The notes under the pieces: generated by a model
Told to the model about the DNA's origin: nothing
Databases searched by the model: none
Seen by the model: the letters and a program-made list of their open reading frames with translations, nothing else
Shown here: piece by piece, positions 11,666 to 21,179 of the stretch
Layout: every line of letters begins with the position of its first letter
How positions within the stretch are numbered: the first letter of the stretch is position 1
NCBI GenBank assembly: GCA_051599415.1
Contig: AP039703.1
Location: forward strand, 372,001 to 401,449
Origin: Savitreella phatthalungensis
Taxonomy: Eukaryota
Reading direction: 5' to 3'
Length of the DNA stretch: 29,449 bases
Program-made: the position numbers and the translations under genes

Positions 11666-11679
11666 CCGGTCTCGCCCGG
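11666..11679. promoter_or_regulatory. CCGG-N6-CCGG; reads as CCG-N7-CCG and CGG-N7-CGG (AcuK/AcuM, AOD2/AOD5-type site)
   Basis: Sequence ccggtctcgcccgg in the PCK1 promoter; matches the known gluconeogenic Zn-cluster heterodimer consensus in both orientations. Confidence 0.5.
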
Positions 11680-11729
11680 AGAAGTGATCGGATCTGTATA
11701 TTTGAGCCCGGTCAGCCGAATATGGTGTT

Positions 11730-11735
11730 GCGGGG
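11730..11735 (+). promoter_or_regulatory. Putative CreA/Mig1 catabolite repression site (SYGGRG)
   Basis: GCGGGG lying between the CCG-N7-CCG elements upstream of PCK1. The motif is short and supported only by context. Confidence 0.35.
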
Positions 11736-11770
11736 TTGAAGGTAGCCAATTGAAACGGGAGTGCATAAAC

Positions 11771-11803
11771 CCGATCTGGTCCGAAGACTCCCGCCCTGTT
11801 CCG
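11771..11803. promoter_or_regulatory. Array of four CCG triplets at exact 10-bp spacing (three overlapping CCG-N7-CCG sites)
   Basis: CCG atctggt CCG aagactc CCG ccctgtt CCG, with triplets at 11771/11781/11791/11801, ~230-260 nt upstream of PCK1. Confidence 0.65.
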
Positions 11804-11916
11804 TGTCTAATTGCAGCTGAATGTGACCAGTGACTCAATGCAACCGACTGGTCAATTCACTTTCGGCCATGATCAAGGCCTCCCAAAAAATCACATTCTT
11901 TAGCCTATGGAGATCA

Positions 11917-13377
11917 CTAGTCCATCAGAGGAAGATACTCATCGTACTTCTGGCGAATGGTCTCTCTGAGAACTTTCTCGAGCCGCCCGGCATTTTTATA
12001 GTACGTCGTGGTTTCGTTGTTATATGACCGACAATTGTTGAAAATCAGCTTTGCATCATAGACAAATTGCTCGACCGTGTCGTATTGGTCATTCTCCAGC
12101 TTGAATTCCATCGTCGTAAGGTCCATGGGCTCCTTGATGACCTCATAGTAATCTGGGACCTCGTCCTTGTTGACCGGCTGCACGAAAGGCCACGCGCTGG
12201 GGGAATTTGTCATCTCTGACAACAGAGTTTGCAGGATCGAATAATGGCCTGGTCGTTTCGGCTTCTTGGCCATATCGTCCATGTCCGATGTCCAGCCTGT
12301 TTCACGAAGTCCAGGAATTAGGCTGGGAGCCATCGAAGTCCCTTCTTTAAAAGCTTCTATGCCGGCATAGACTGTCGAATCCGTTGAGGTCTTGTGGATC
12401 TTGTATAGAATCGCAGCTTTTTGACGCGCCAGAATATCCGCAGAGTCGAGATAGCGGATCCGTGGTAACATCGTACATTGCATGATCGTCCCACCCTCGT
12501 AGTCTTTGATGTATCCGACCCAAATACTCCGATCGAGTGAGATCTCCTTTGTAAAACCCTGCTTTTTGAAATAGCCGATAGCATAGTTGTCCGCGTAAGT
12601 AAGGAAGTGCTGAATTGGCGAAGAAGCCTTCACATAGTCCTTGAGATGATTCATCAAGTGGGCGCCATATCCGCGGACCTGTTCAGAGGATGCGATTGCG
12701 CAGAAAACGATCTCGGCAAAGCGCCGATGGTTGAATGGCCGATATGTGATGCCACCGATGATTTCAATCTTCCCGGTTTCTGCACCACGGACAATCGCAA
12801 TGCTGAGGTGATTGCGATCATAGATGAGTCTCGCAATATACTCCCGTGGCATTTTTGGCAACTGCTTCTGAAAGATGTTTTTGAGTCCAGTCAGAATGAT
12901 CATGCTCAAAGGTGTGTTGTCGTTATTTGCAACCCGGAACTCGATCTTGCCTTCCGCTTCTTCAGTCTGAGCTGCTTTGATACTCGGCGCCTTATAGTAC
13001 GACAAGAGTTGCTGCGGCAATGTTGGCAAATCGAAGCTTGCGCGCGATCGTTTTCTAGGTCGGATCGCTTCAGCCTGGATGTCTTGCTCGCCCGTATCTT
13101 CCTCGCTGCTGATATCATGGGGCCGCTTCAGCGTGAATTGCTTGCGCAAGCTGATCAGATCATCCTCTGAAGTCTCTTCGTCTCGTGATAGCTCTTCCAG
13201 TCGTCTTGCGACCCGTGCTTGTCGGTCAAATTCAACAGGGTCATCTGGCACGGTATGAAAATGCGAACATGCGCAAGCGGCATCGCCAGTCTCTTGTTTG
13301 ACTTGGCGCAGGCCTGTACAATCACATTCCCCGCACGGCTTGTGCCTTAGCAATAACGACCGGTCATCCGCAGCCAT
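11917..13377 (-). CDS. GCN5: Histone acetyltransferase Gcn5 (GNAT + bromodomain) with a Cys/His-rich N-terminal module
   Basis: GNAT motifs [49 protein letters not shown] and IKDYEGG; bromodomain AWPFVQPV...[13 protein letters not shown]...NCRSYN. Confidence 0.97.
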   Translation of the reverse strand: MAADDRSLLLRHKPCGECDCTGLRQVKQETGDAACACSHFHTVPDDPVEFDRQARVARRLEELSRDEETSEDDLISLRKQFTLKRPHDISSEEDTGEQDIQAEAIRPRKRSRASFDLPTLPQQLLSYYKAPSIKAAQTEEAEGKIEFRVANNDNTPLSMIILTGLKNIFQKQLPKMPREYIARLIYDRNHLSIAIVRGAETGKIEIIGGITYRPFNHRRFAEIVFCAIASSEQVRGYGAHLMNHLKDYVKASSPIQHFLTYADNYAIGYFKKQGFTKEISLDRSIWVGYIKDYEGGTIMQCTMLPRIRYLDSADILARQKAAILYKIHKTSTDSTVYAGIEAFKEGTSMAPSLIPGLRETGWTSDMDDMAKKPKRPGHYSILQTLLSEMTNSPSAWPFVQPVNKDEVPDYYEVIKEPMDLTTMEFKLENDQYDTVEQFVYDAKLIFNNCRSYNNETTTYYKNAGRLEKVLRETIRQKYDEYLPLMD

Positions 13378-13500
13378 TGTCGTCTATTTCGTCCGCTCCG
13401 CTGTAGATCAATTTCGTGACGTTTTTAGTATATAGGAAGCCTCAACGACGGTGCGACAATTTAGCAGGCGTGACATCGCAAAGCGCGTCGAATCATCACT

Positions 13501-13748
13501 ATGGCAGGCTTCGAGCCGTGGATCCCGGTCGCATATCACAGCATCGTAGCCGGAGCTCTGCTTAGTCTCGGTTTGTTCGCGACGGCAGGCTTCAGTGTCT
13601 CCAGTGGTTTGAAATCACTAGGATTTGTCATGCTTGCTGCACTAGCATTTGCATTCGGATGTTTGTATGCTCTCCAAGCTGGAGGGGTAAGTCATGTTTT
13701 TCATACTCATTGATGTATGGACAAGCTAATCATCAGGTCTATCTCTGA
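13501..13748 (+). CDS. OST5: Oligosaccharyltransferase small subunit Ost5/TMEM258-like; exons 13501-13686 and 13737-13748 (65 aa)
   Basis: Two hydrophobic helices and a 50-nt intron at 13687-13736 (GTAAGT...GCTAAT...CAG). Splicing gives the C-terminus AGGVYL*, matching the family's terminal G[VI]Y[VL]. Confidence 0.8.
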
Positions 13749-14452
13749 GCAATGAAGCTGATGATACGTTGACCGACTTCCAGGCCGTCGTGAACGTCAG
13801 CAATTTCTGGTAAATCGCCAAAATGGCCTGGCCGCTCCTTCAGGTAGTCGTCAACAATGTCCTTGGAGAACTCTGGGTGACCTTGCAAGACCAGGACTTG
13901 CCTGTCGCGCACAAAACCTTGACACGGGGTCAGGTCAGACGAACCGAGGGACTCGCAGCCTTCTGGCAGCCTCTGTACGATGCAAAAATGAATCTGATGA
14001 AGGCGTATCGAGTCCCTGCGAAACAACCCTTTGCCAGCGTCAGTCAAGCAGATCTCCTTGACGCCGATCTCGACGCCGTTGTCATTCTCTCCAACAACGC
14101 CTCCAAGTGCGCGTGTTATAACGTGTAGTCCGAAGCATACTGCCGTCACTTTGATACGTTTGTGATGGAGAAGTATGCTCCTCATGTAGCCGATTTCCCT
14201 GGTCAGCCATGGCAAGTCATCCGAGTACGCTGGATCGGTACCGCCAGTCAAATGAATCCAGTCGATGTCGTCAAGCGAACTTGGATATTCTCCGACAGTC
14301 ACATCATAAGGGGTGAAAGCGGTAAGCGTGACCGGCTCATTCGCGCTCGCGATACTCTCGAGAATCCAGTCCCGGTAAGCATCGTACAGTCGCTTGCGCG
14401 AGACGCCTTTGAATGAATGCGCTGGCGTGTTATTGAAGAGTGCAACACGCAT
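13739..14452 (-). CDS. Class I glutamine amidotransferase-like protein (YLR126C-type stand-alone GATase)
   Basis: HLTGG, nucleophile elbow AVCFGLH, ALGGVV, VEIG and the His-Glu motif QGHPEF; ATG at 14452, 237 aa. Confidence 0.85.
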   Translation of the reverse strand: MRVALFNNTPAHSFKGVSRKRLYDAYRDWILESIASANEPVTLTAFTPYDVTVGEYPSSLDDIDWIHLTGGTDPAYSDDLPWLTREIGYMRSILLHHKRIKVTAVCFGLHVITRALGGVVGENDNGVEIGVKEICLTDAGKGLFRRDSIRLHQIHFCIVQRLPEGCESLGSSDLTPCQGFVRDRQVLVLQGHPEFSKDIVDDYLKERPGHFGDLPEIADVHDGLEVGQRIISFIAQR

Positions 14453-14632
14453 CAACGGGAGTGGGCGTCTTCGGAAACTGTGATGTCACTGATTTCGCAT
14501 TCCAGACTTTATAATATATGATTGAGGGGACCTCAGCGGTGCAACACATGTCACGCCGGCAGATGAGTCTAGAAATATCGACTTAGTTGTCTATACGTAA
14601 ATGAAGCTCGATGCATCGCAGAAAGATCACGA

Positions 14633-16411
14633 CTAAAAGTGAACAGCACGGTGGTTTGTGGAGTATTTGCGGACGTCGCCCAAGAATATAGAGCAGATCG
14701 CGGCCACGCCAGAGAACCCGAGTGTGCACAGCCATACCTGCTGGAAGGCGGTCGACCAAACGTCCCGAGCTGCGAAGCTTGTGAAGCGAATCAGAGCTGG
14801 CGTCACCTTTGGGCTGAATGCATAGAGGAATTTGACGTCCGAGATGGCGAGACGCTGGAGGAAGGTAGTTATTTGAGCCACGTTGAATCCTTGGGACAGC
14901 AGGATGGTGACCACGTTAAGCGCAGGCTTGAAATGCAGGAAGTCGTTGAACAGGAAAGTGGCGCGCTTGTTCAGGACGTAATAGTAGACCGTAAAACCGA
15001 TGGCTCCGCCGAGAACGCGTGCGACAAAAGTGATAGCGGTCACAGTTCCTAGGTACTCATCCGGTGTACAGAGCTGTGTGATTACAGAAGCAGGAATGAT
15101 GATGCCTCCTACACCAATCGAGCCGATCGTAACGAGCACTGCCGCGAGAGCTCCGCGGTCTTTGTTCGTTACGTAGAGAGCGCCGAAACCAGCCATCATC
15201 ATTCCACAGGCCAAGAACATCTGCGGTCGGATGGAGCCTCGGAATTGTGTGATGAGGAAGGAAAAGAATCCCGCACCAAACAGCACACCCATAGTCTGGC
15301 CAAGGATGAGCAGGCCACCGTACACAGGCGTCGGCTGGAAAACAGAAATGACAAACTTTGGCCAAAGGATGAGGATGGAGAAGAAGTTTGCACCAGCAAT
15401 AGCGGTGATAACCAGGGTCAGAACGAATACGCGGGTATTCTTGAACATGCCCGGCGGATAGACCGGGTGGCGAGCGTGGAGCTGCCAAAATCCGAGAGCG
15501 ACAAGTAGGAGGAATCCCAGAATGAGCGGCACAAGTGTGAGAGCGGATTTCCACGGGGCGGTGTAGCCGCCGGCGCCAAGGCCGAACAGGAAGAGCACGC
15601 TTCCTGCGAGAGACAAGAAGAAGCCGATCCAATCAACGCGACGCATTTTCTCCATTTTCGTGAACTCGTGGCCCTGGAAGATTCTGGGAGGAGGCTTGTA
15701 GAAGATGAAGGTCATTACCTGGCCAATACCGGTCCAGATAAGAGGAATCCACGCGTTCCAACGCCAAGTTGCGTTATCCGACAGCTCGAGGGCATAGATA
15801 CCCAGGGGAGCGAATGGAATGATCGTCCAAATGAGCATAGAGGTGTAGAAACCTCGAAGACGATTTGGAGCAATCTCATTCACACCTGCCAGCGCATTAA
15901 TTTCAAGCAATGCAGCGCCGATTCCTGTGAAAGGGAAGGACACAATCTCTTGTGCGACAGTTTTAGTGCTCCCGATGAGGATGAGACCGATGATGGTGAA
16001 AATACCGCCGACGAGGATTGCCCAGCGACGACCAAAAATATCAGAAATCGATCCTGCAATTGGGGCTGTCGCCGCTAATGCTGTCAAAGGTCCGAGCACA
16101 AACCAAATCTGTACATCGGCACCACCGATGTCGGCAATTGTGTAATCGATGCAGACGAGCAACATGTAGAGCGGCACCTGAGAGCCGGTCCATAGAAAAG
16201 ACAAGGCTAGACATGCTAGAAATGTACGTTTGTCGATACCTTCGAACTCTTCATCAGCGCCGATCTGAGCCTGGCCAGTTGCTGTCTTGGTGATAGCATC
16301 AGTTGTACGGGCCTTCTCGACAGAGGCGTAATCGTTACTGTCACTGTCGGCGCCGGAAGCCGCAAAAGGCTTGTCCCGATGCCACTCGGTCGCGGCGAGA
16401 GTATCGGTCAT
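14633..16411 (-). CDS. MFS efflux transporter, Tri12 (trichothecene efflux pump)-like, ~14 TM
   Basis: MFS motif A GSISDIFGRRW, NEIAPNRLRG, TWRW, FYKPPP and RVDWIG, plus many TM segments. The ATG at 16411 is preferred because TATAAA (16449-16454, minus strand) lies just upstream; the ORF extends in frame to 16654. Confidence 0.88.
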   Translation of the reverse strand: MTDTLAATEWHRDKPFAASGADSDSNDYASVEKARTTDAITKTATGQAQIGADEEFEGIDKRTFLACLALSFLWTGSQVPLYMLLVCIDYTIADIGGADVQIWFVLGPLTALAATAPIAGSISDIFGRRWAILVGGIFTIIGLILIGSTKTVAQEIVSFPFTGIGAALLEINALAGVNEIAPNRLRGFYTSMLIWTIIPFAPLGIYALELSDNATWRWNAWIPLIWTGIGQVMTFIFYKPPPRIFQGHEFTKMEKMRRVDWIGFFLSLAGSVLFLFGLGAGGYTAPWKSALTLVPLILGFLLLVALGFWQLHARHPVYPPGMFKNTRVFVLTLVITAIAGANFFSILILWPKFVISVFQPTPVYGGLLILGQTMGVLFGAGFFSFLITQFRGSIRPQMFLACGMMMAGFGALYVTNKDRGALAAVLVTIGSIGVGGIIIPASVITQLCTPDEYLGTVTAITFVARVLGGAIGFTVYYYVLNKRATFLFNDFLHFKPALNVVTILLSQGFNVAQITTFLQRLAISDVKFLYAFSPKVTPALIRFTSFAARDVWSTAFQQVWLCTLGFSGVAAICSIFLGDVRKYSTNHRAVHF

Positions 16412-16759
16412 GGTGTCAAGCGATCGCCGACAGGGATAATCGACAGTGTTTATAAAGCTTCGGCCAGACCGTTGCCAACGTTCGTCGTGCAATCCCATTT
16501 CGTCAGGGACCCAGGACACCAGAGCTGGAAGCGGTATCAAGAATGTTGGTGGCGGACCCCGCTCGTCTGCGAGCCAATCATATCTCTTGCAGATATAGGG
16601 CAACATATTGCGAAAATTGTTAACCTGGACCAGGTTGAAGCCGAGGTAGCGCATTTCGACGGTTCCCGCATTCGATCTTCGTTAAAACCGCGAATTGCCC
16701 ATCATATCGCGAGCATGCTTAAGTAAGGAAAAGCGAGAAATTTTGCTTCACGATCAAAT

Positions 16760-18082
16760 TCAATCTATGGTCCGTCCTGTCGGAAAGAGGAACGCGACGA
16801 TGCGTTGGAATGGGCCTCGCCTCTGAAGTTGATCTTGTTCCTGCTCCGTAGTCGGAATGTTTGGGTCGAGCTCGATAGCGGCGCGCCGATTGAGTTCTGA
16901 TGGCTGAGGAGGTACCTCTGCTTGTGACCGCGGCTGACTCAGCGGCAGCGAATGTGGCTGGAGCTCGATATCTCCAGCTGCCCCGTTGGACGTGGTCCTG
17001 TTGGCATCTCTTTGTGCCTGCCTGCGTCGTCGACGTTCGCGCATAATCGTTGCACTTGTTAGCTGCGCGTCAGGCGGAATGTAACCGGCGGGCAGGACTG
17101 ATCGCTTACACAATGGGCACAGCGACGATCGCTTGGCTAGAAAATCGTCAATGCAAGTCGGATGAAAGAGGTGGCAACACGGCAATCTGCGAACTTCTGT
17201 CTCGCCGCGAACGTAGTCCTCGAGACAGATCGCGCAGCATGATGTGTCGAAACTCATCATTACGCCGGATTTATCCGTCTGCACTTGTTGACCCGCGTAA
17301 ACCTCCTTCGACATGGCTTCAATGTGTTTTCTTGGTACTGTCAGACGTTTGATGCCCAGACTTTCGAGGTCGACTTCGCCAGCGGCGATGCGATTACGTA
17401 GATCGCGCCTTGCCAGATGTTGATGAATGTGCAACCCGATTGATACGCTGCCGACGACGAGGCAAAGTAAGCCGAGTACAATCAGCAGGAAAATCCATAG
17501 GTTCGGAATCGTTGCGTTGACCAAACGTTTGTTCACCGAGACCACCAGGCGCGCGGATGTGGCGTTCGGGTAGGCAGTTGCTAGATATGCGCCTTGGGGC
17601 GCATCGGAGATCGAGCCAGAGTATTGATTAAGGGCCATGATAATGCTTGCGACTGTACTCAAAGGCGTGATGTAGACCGGTAAAGGCGCAGAAAATGCAT
17701 TGCTCGTGGCCGGAATGCTTGGAGGTGCTGTATACGTGGCGACGTAGAGAATGAGAGCACGCGCATTGTCTCGTCGGGCTTGCGTTACGTACGCATCTCG
17801 ACAGTCAGTCGAGGGAGCGATAGCCACTTTGCCCGGTACTGGCAGACCTCCATAATTAGTCAGCGTAGCGTTGCTCGGCAAGAGCTCTGCCTGAGTCTCA
17901 TTACACGATGTCTCGGGGTAGTATAGGTACCCAGCGTATTGCGCTGCCTCGCCGCTAGGGTTGCTTAGCTCAGTCAGTGCGCTGAAGCTGCTGGTGAAGC
18001 TGTACATTGACGGTGGCACGACAATTGAGTCATTCTGCTCGATCAGTGTTGTGCTGACGCTGAAATCTGTGGCAGTGGCCAT
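16760..18082 (-). CDS. Membrane-anchored RING-H2 E3 ligase-like protein (PA-like region / TM / RING-H2)
   Basis: RING-H2 CAICLEDY...LPCCHLFHPTCID...CPLC; TM segment LWIFLLIVLGLLCLVVGSVSIGL; PA-like KVAIAP..C...ARALILY. The start is uncertain (first ATG 18082, no clear signal peptide). Confidence 0.82.
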   Translation of the reverse strand: MATATDFSVSTTLIEQNDSIVVPPSMYSFTSSFSALTELSNPSGEAAQYAGYLYYPETSCNETQAELLPSNATLTNYGGLPVPGKVAIAPSTDCRDAYVTQARRDNARALILYVATYTAPPSIPATSNAFSAPLPVYITPLSTVASIIMALNQYSGSISDAPQGAYLATAYPNATSARLVVSVNKRLVNATIPNLWIFLLIVLGLLCLVVGSVSIGLHIHQHLARRDLRNRIAAGEVDLESLGIKRLTVPRKHIEAMSKEVYAGQQVQTDKSGVMMSFDTSCCAICLEDYVRGETEVRRLPCCHLFHPTCIDDFLAKRSSLCPLCKRSVLPAGYIPPDAQLTSATIMRERRRRRQAQRDANRTTSNGAAGDIELQPHSLPLSQPRSQAEVPPQPSELNRRAAIELDPNIPTTEQEQDQLQRRGPFQRIVAFLFPTGRTID

Positions 18083-18839
18083 GATCGATGCTATGCGCAA
18101 CTAGTGGGAGACACCGCGAGTCTATCAAAACCAGTCGATCCGTCTCAGTGTAGCATCACAAAATCCTCGTCAACTCGGTCCTGTATCCTCTGTCTCTAGT
18201 CGACTAATCACGCCGTTGGCAGTGATAGAGTCAATGAGCTCATGCGACCAGTACGTTTCATTATGTGCAGCTGTATCACAAAGCTGGGATCGCGTATCGG
18301 AGATGCGGAGAGCCGCCAGGAAACAGTGGATTGGAGGCTACAGTTCTGCGACAGACAACTTCTTTTAACCTTGACCAGATACCGATGTGCGCACCTCGCA
18401 ATCAAATCTGAGCATAATTGGTGCCTTCCTCCATGGCTGCTGGGCCTGGGCCACCTGCTTACACAGTGCATCGTTGCCAGTGTTTCAATCTAGTGCCGGT
18501 TTCCTGCCCGCCCACAGACTCACCCAAACACAATGCCCACACAAAAAAACAGATATACCGCGAACACATACATATTTGATATCTAGGTATGCACGCACAA
18601 GCATATCCGAGGGTGCTTCATCGCTTTGCGGATGGGTTTTGCGCCACACTGAGGCTGAAAATCTTGAATTTCAAACGTGCAAAACTCAATCAAAACCAAA
18701 ATAATTCAAAATCTTAATCAATTTGCAACCTGTTAGCCGATAATTCAAATCGGATTGTTTATCTCCTGCTAAGAAATGTTATATACAGGTCACCTCCCAC
18801 TTTTACAAGACGACAACCTTTGGTCTACTAACCACAGTA

Positions 18840-19890
18840 ATGAGTGACTTAGGTAGCCTACCTGTGCACAGTGCTTTCCGAGAGAAGTACGATTCCGTGA
18901 GTGGCCACCAGACCTAGAGCGGAAAGCGCAGCCGCAATCACCGCCCCACCTCGAGTCCATCTTGTGCTAACACTGAACAGGTCCTCTCATGTTGTCGTCT
19001 TCTCACCGAAGCGCAAGCGACGCTGAACAGATCGCTGCGTGATCTCGCAAACGTTGCATCTCAGCTTCCTGGACTTGAGGGCATCAATGTCGATGCACTC
19101 AATGCTGGACTTGGCGTCGGAGCCAGCGGTGATTTCCTGGGTATGACAAGTTGCCTCGCAGCTATTGTACCCTATTCTCGAATGGACTGCATGCTGATAC
19201 TCTACAGACGATGACCTAACCGTGGACGGAAAACGCAAGAAGAAGGAGAAGAAGGAGAAGGATCCAAACATGCCGAAGAGACCCAGGACGTCTTATTTGA
19301 TGTACGCAAACGACGTCATGGCTAACGTCCGGGATAACATGACCTCGGGAGCCGGCGCCGGCGAAATCATGAAGAACGTCGCTGCAAGGTGGAAAACATT
19401 GGACGAGGCGACGAAGAACCACTACAATCAGCGTTACCAGAACGAATTGGACGAATGGCGGCAACGCACAGAAGCCTACAAACAACAAAAGTCACTTGAG
19501 AATGCACGCACGGACGATGAGGCCGCAGCGGCGATGCTTGCGGCAGCTGGACCCGGTGCCCTGGAAGCTCAACAACCCAAGAAGCGGGGACGTAAGCCAA
19601 AGTCTCTGCAGGGCGGTCAAGGTCAGGGCGGCAGTGGCAATGCGAGCGGCGCTCACCAACACGAGATGGACGAGAATGCTGCTGCTGCGGCGGCGGCCGC
19701 TCATCACCACCATCATGCTCATGGACTCTCACATCTGCAGAATATCGAGCCGGGATTGCAGCATCATCACGCCATCCATCCGCACCTCAATCTGCCCTAC
19801 ATGAGTGGTTCACCACTCAGCTACGGCATGGAGATGGGCACGAATGACGAGCTGCAGAAGAAGAAGCGTAAGAAGAAGGACAAATCTTGA
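18840..19890 (+). CDS. HMO1: Hmo1-like HMG-box chromatin protein; exons 18840-18896, 18981-19140, 19208-19890 (299 aa)
   Basis: Introns 18897-18980 (GTGAGT..GCTAAC..CAG) and 19141-19207 (GTATGA..GCTGAT..CAG) join into one frame. The product has an N-terminal helical region, HMG box KDPNMPKRPRTSYLMY...WKTL and a Lys-rich tail KKKRKKKDKS, as in yeast Hmo1. Confidence 0.8.
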
Positions 19891-20076
19891 TGAGCAAAGC
19901 TTGATAGCAGAGTGGTATTGTGCAGGCTGGAGAAAGCATCCCTACAAGACATGCTGTTTTTCAATCTTGCCTTTACTTTTGGTCAAATAGTTCATATCCT
20001 AGTTTTAAGTGGACATCTTCCTCTAGCTCGCGTTTGAATAATGTGACGGCGACACCGTGGTCCCGGGCAGCCAGTA

Positions 20077-21105
20077 ATGAAAAGAATCCGAACTGAGGCT
20101 GATGTCGCGACATTCCTTCGGACTAGCGCATACTCACGATTGACACACCGTCTACAAACATTGTGTCGCGAGGCAAGAGGCGCAGCGGATCACGGCAACA
20201 CCGGACTGGATGGATTGCTTGAGGAGCTGAACAAGGCTTTGGACAATTATCCTCCCGGAAACACCAAGCATCGATTTGGCGACCCAAGTGTGAGGGACTG
20301 GCATGCATTCTTGAAAGAACATGGTATGCCATTGTTGTTCCGGCATTTAAACATCACGGATGAGGATGTTCTTACGTACCTTCTGGGGGCCTTCGGCTCG
20401 CCGGAGCGACTGGATTATGGCACAGGTCACGAGCTCTCGTTTCTCGCTCTTGTCGAGGCATTGATGCAGCTTGGCGCTCTGGCAACGGATGCAAATGCGT
20501 TGACGCATATCTGCAAGCGCACCGTGAGGACATATTTTTCCCTCGTTCAGAGACTGATCAAGACTTACAAGCTAGAGCCTGCAGGCTCGCACGGGGTATG
20601 GGGTCTAGACGACCATTTTGCAATACCATATATCATTGGTGCCGCTGAGCTACTGGACAGCGAGCTCCAACCCTCGATAACGGCTGACAAGGCTGCCATG
20701 GAAAGCAGACGAGCCGACTCCCTCTACTTCGAGGCAGTCGCATTCGTGAACGAGGTCAAGAAAGGTCCATTTTGGGAGCATTCGCCAATGTTGTATGACA
20801 TTTCCGCCGTTCCATCGTGGCAGAAAGTGGCTTCCGGCATGCACAAACTTTACGCTGCAGAGGTGCTCGGCAAATTTCCGGTCATTCAGCACTTCGCCTT
20901 CACGCGTTTTCTGCCATGGGACGCTCCGTTGAGGCCGATTGAGCCAGACATCACGCAACAGCCGCTTGCGAACACGATCGGCATGGCTACGGGCGTCGGT
21001 GTAGGCGGCGCGGCCGGTACTGTTGCCCCATTTGAGGCATCTGGCGCCCGAACTGTGCATCCAAAAGTCCTGGCAGACATGCGACGTCGCGGTGAATCAG
21101 GCTAA
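20077..21105 (+). CDS. RRD1: PP2A phosphotyrosyl phosphatase activator (PTPA), Rrd1/Ypa1 type
   Basis: Motifs HRFGD, RLDYGTGHELSF, YKLEPAGSHGVWGLDDH, KGPFWEHSPMLYDIS and EVLGKFPVIQHF. Confidence 0.9.
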   Translation: MKRIRTEADVATFLRTSAYSRLTHRLQTLCREARGAADHGNTGLDGLLEELNKALDNYPPGNTKHRFGDPSVRDWHAFLKEHGMPLLFRHLNITDEDVLTYLLGAFGSPERLDYGTGHELSFLALVEALMQLGALATDANALTHICKRTVRTYFSLVQRLIKTYKLEPAGSHGVWGLDDHFAIPYIIGAAELLDSELQPSITADKAAMESRRADSLYFEAVAFVNEVKKGPFWEHSPMLYDISAVPSWQKVASGMHKLYAAEVLGKFPVIQHFAFTRFLPWDAPLRPIEPDITQQPLANTIGMATGVGVGGAAGTVAPFEASGARTVHPKVLADMRRRGESG

Positions 21106-21179
21106 GTAGAGAAATAAAAGTTAAAACAGAAATCCAGGGTCAACTACAAGATTTGAGTGCAGGTCAATTTTGAAGCCCG

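Noticed and set aside
13470..14489. GTGACATC about 25-30 nt upstream of both the OST5 and GATase start codons
   Set aside because: Only two occurrences of an 8-mer, which cannot be distinguished from chance without a genome-wide count.
18100..18839. Largest internal intergenic region; examined for an ncRNA (tRNA, snRNA, telomerase RNA template) or small gene
   Set aside because: No cloverleaf or CCCTAA-type template recognised, and the ORFs lack motifs. It is explained as the divergent promoter of the RING and HMO1 genes.
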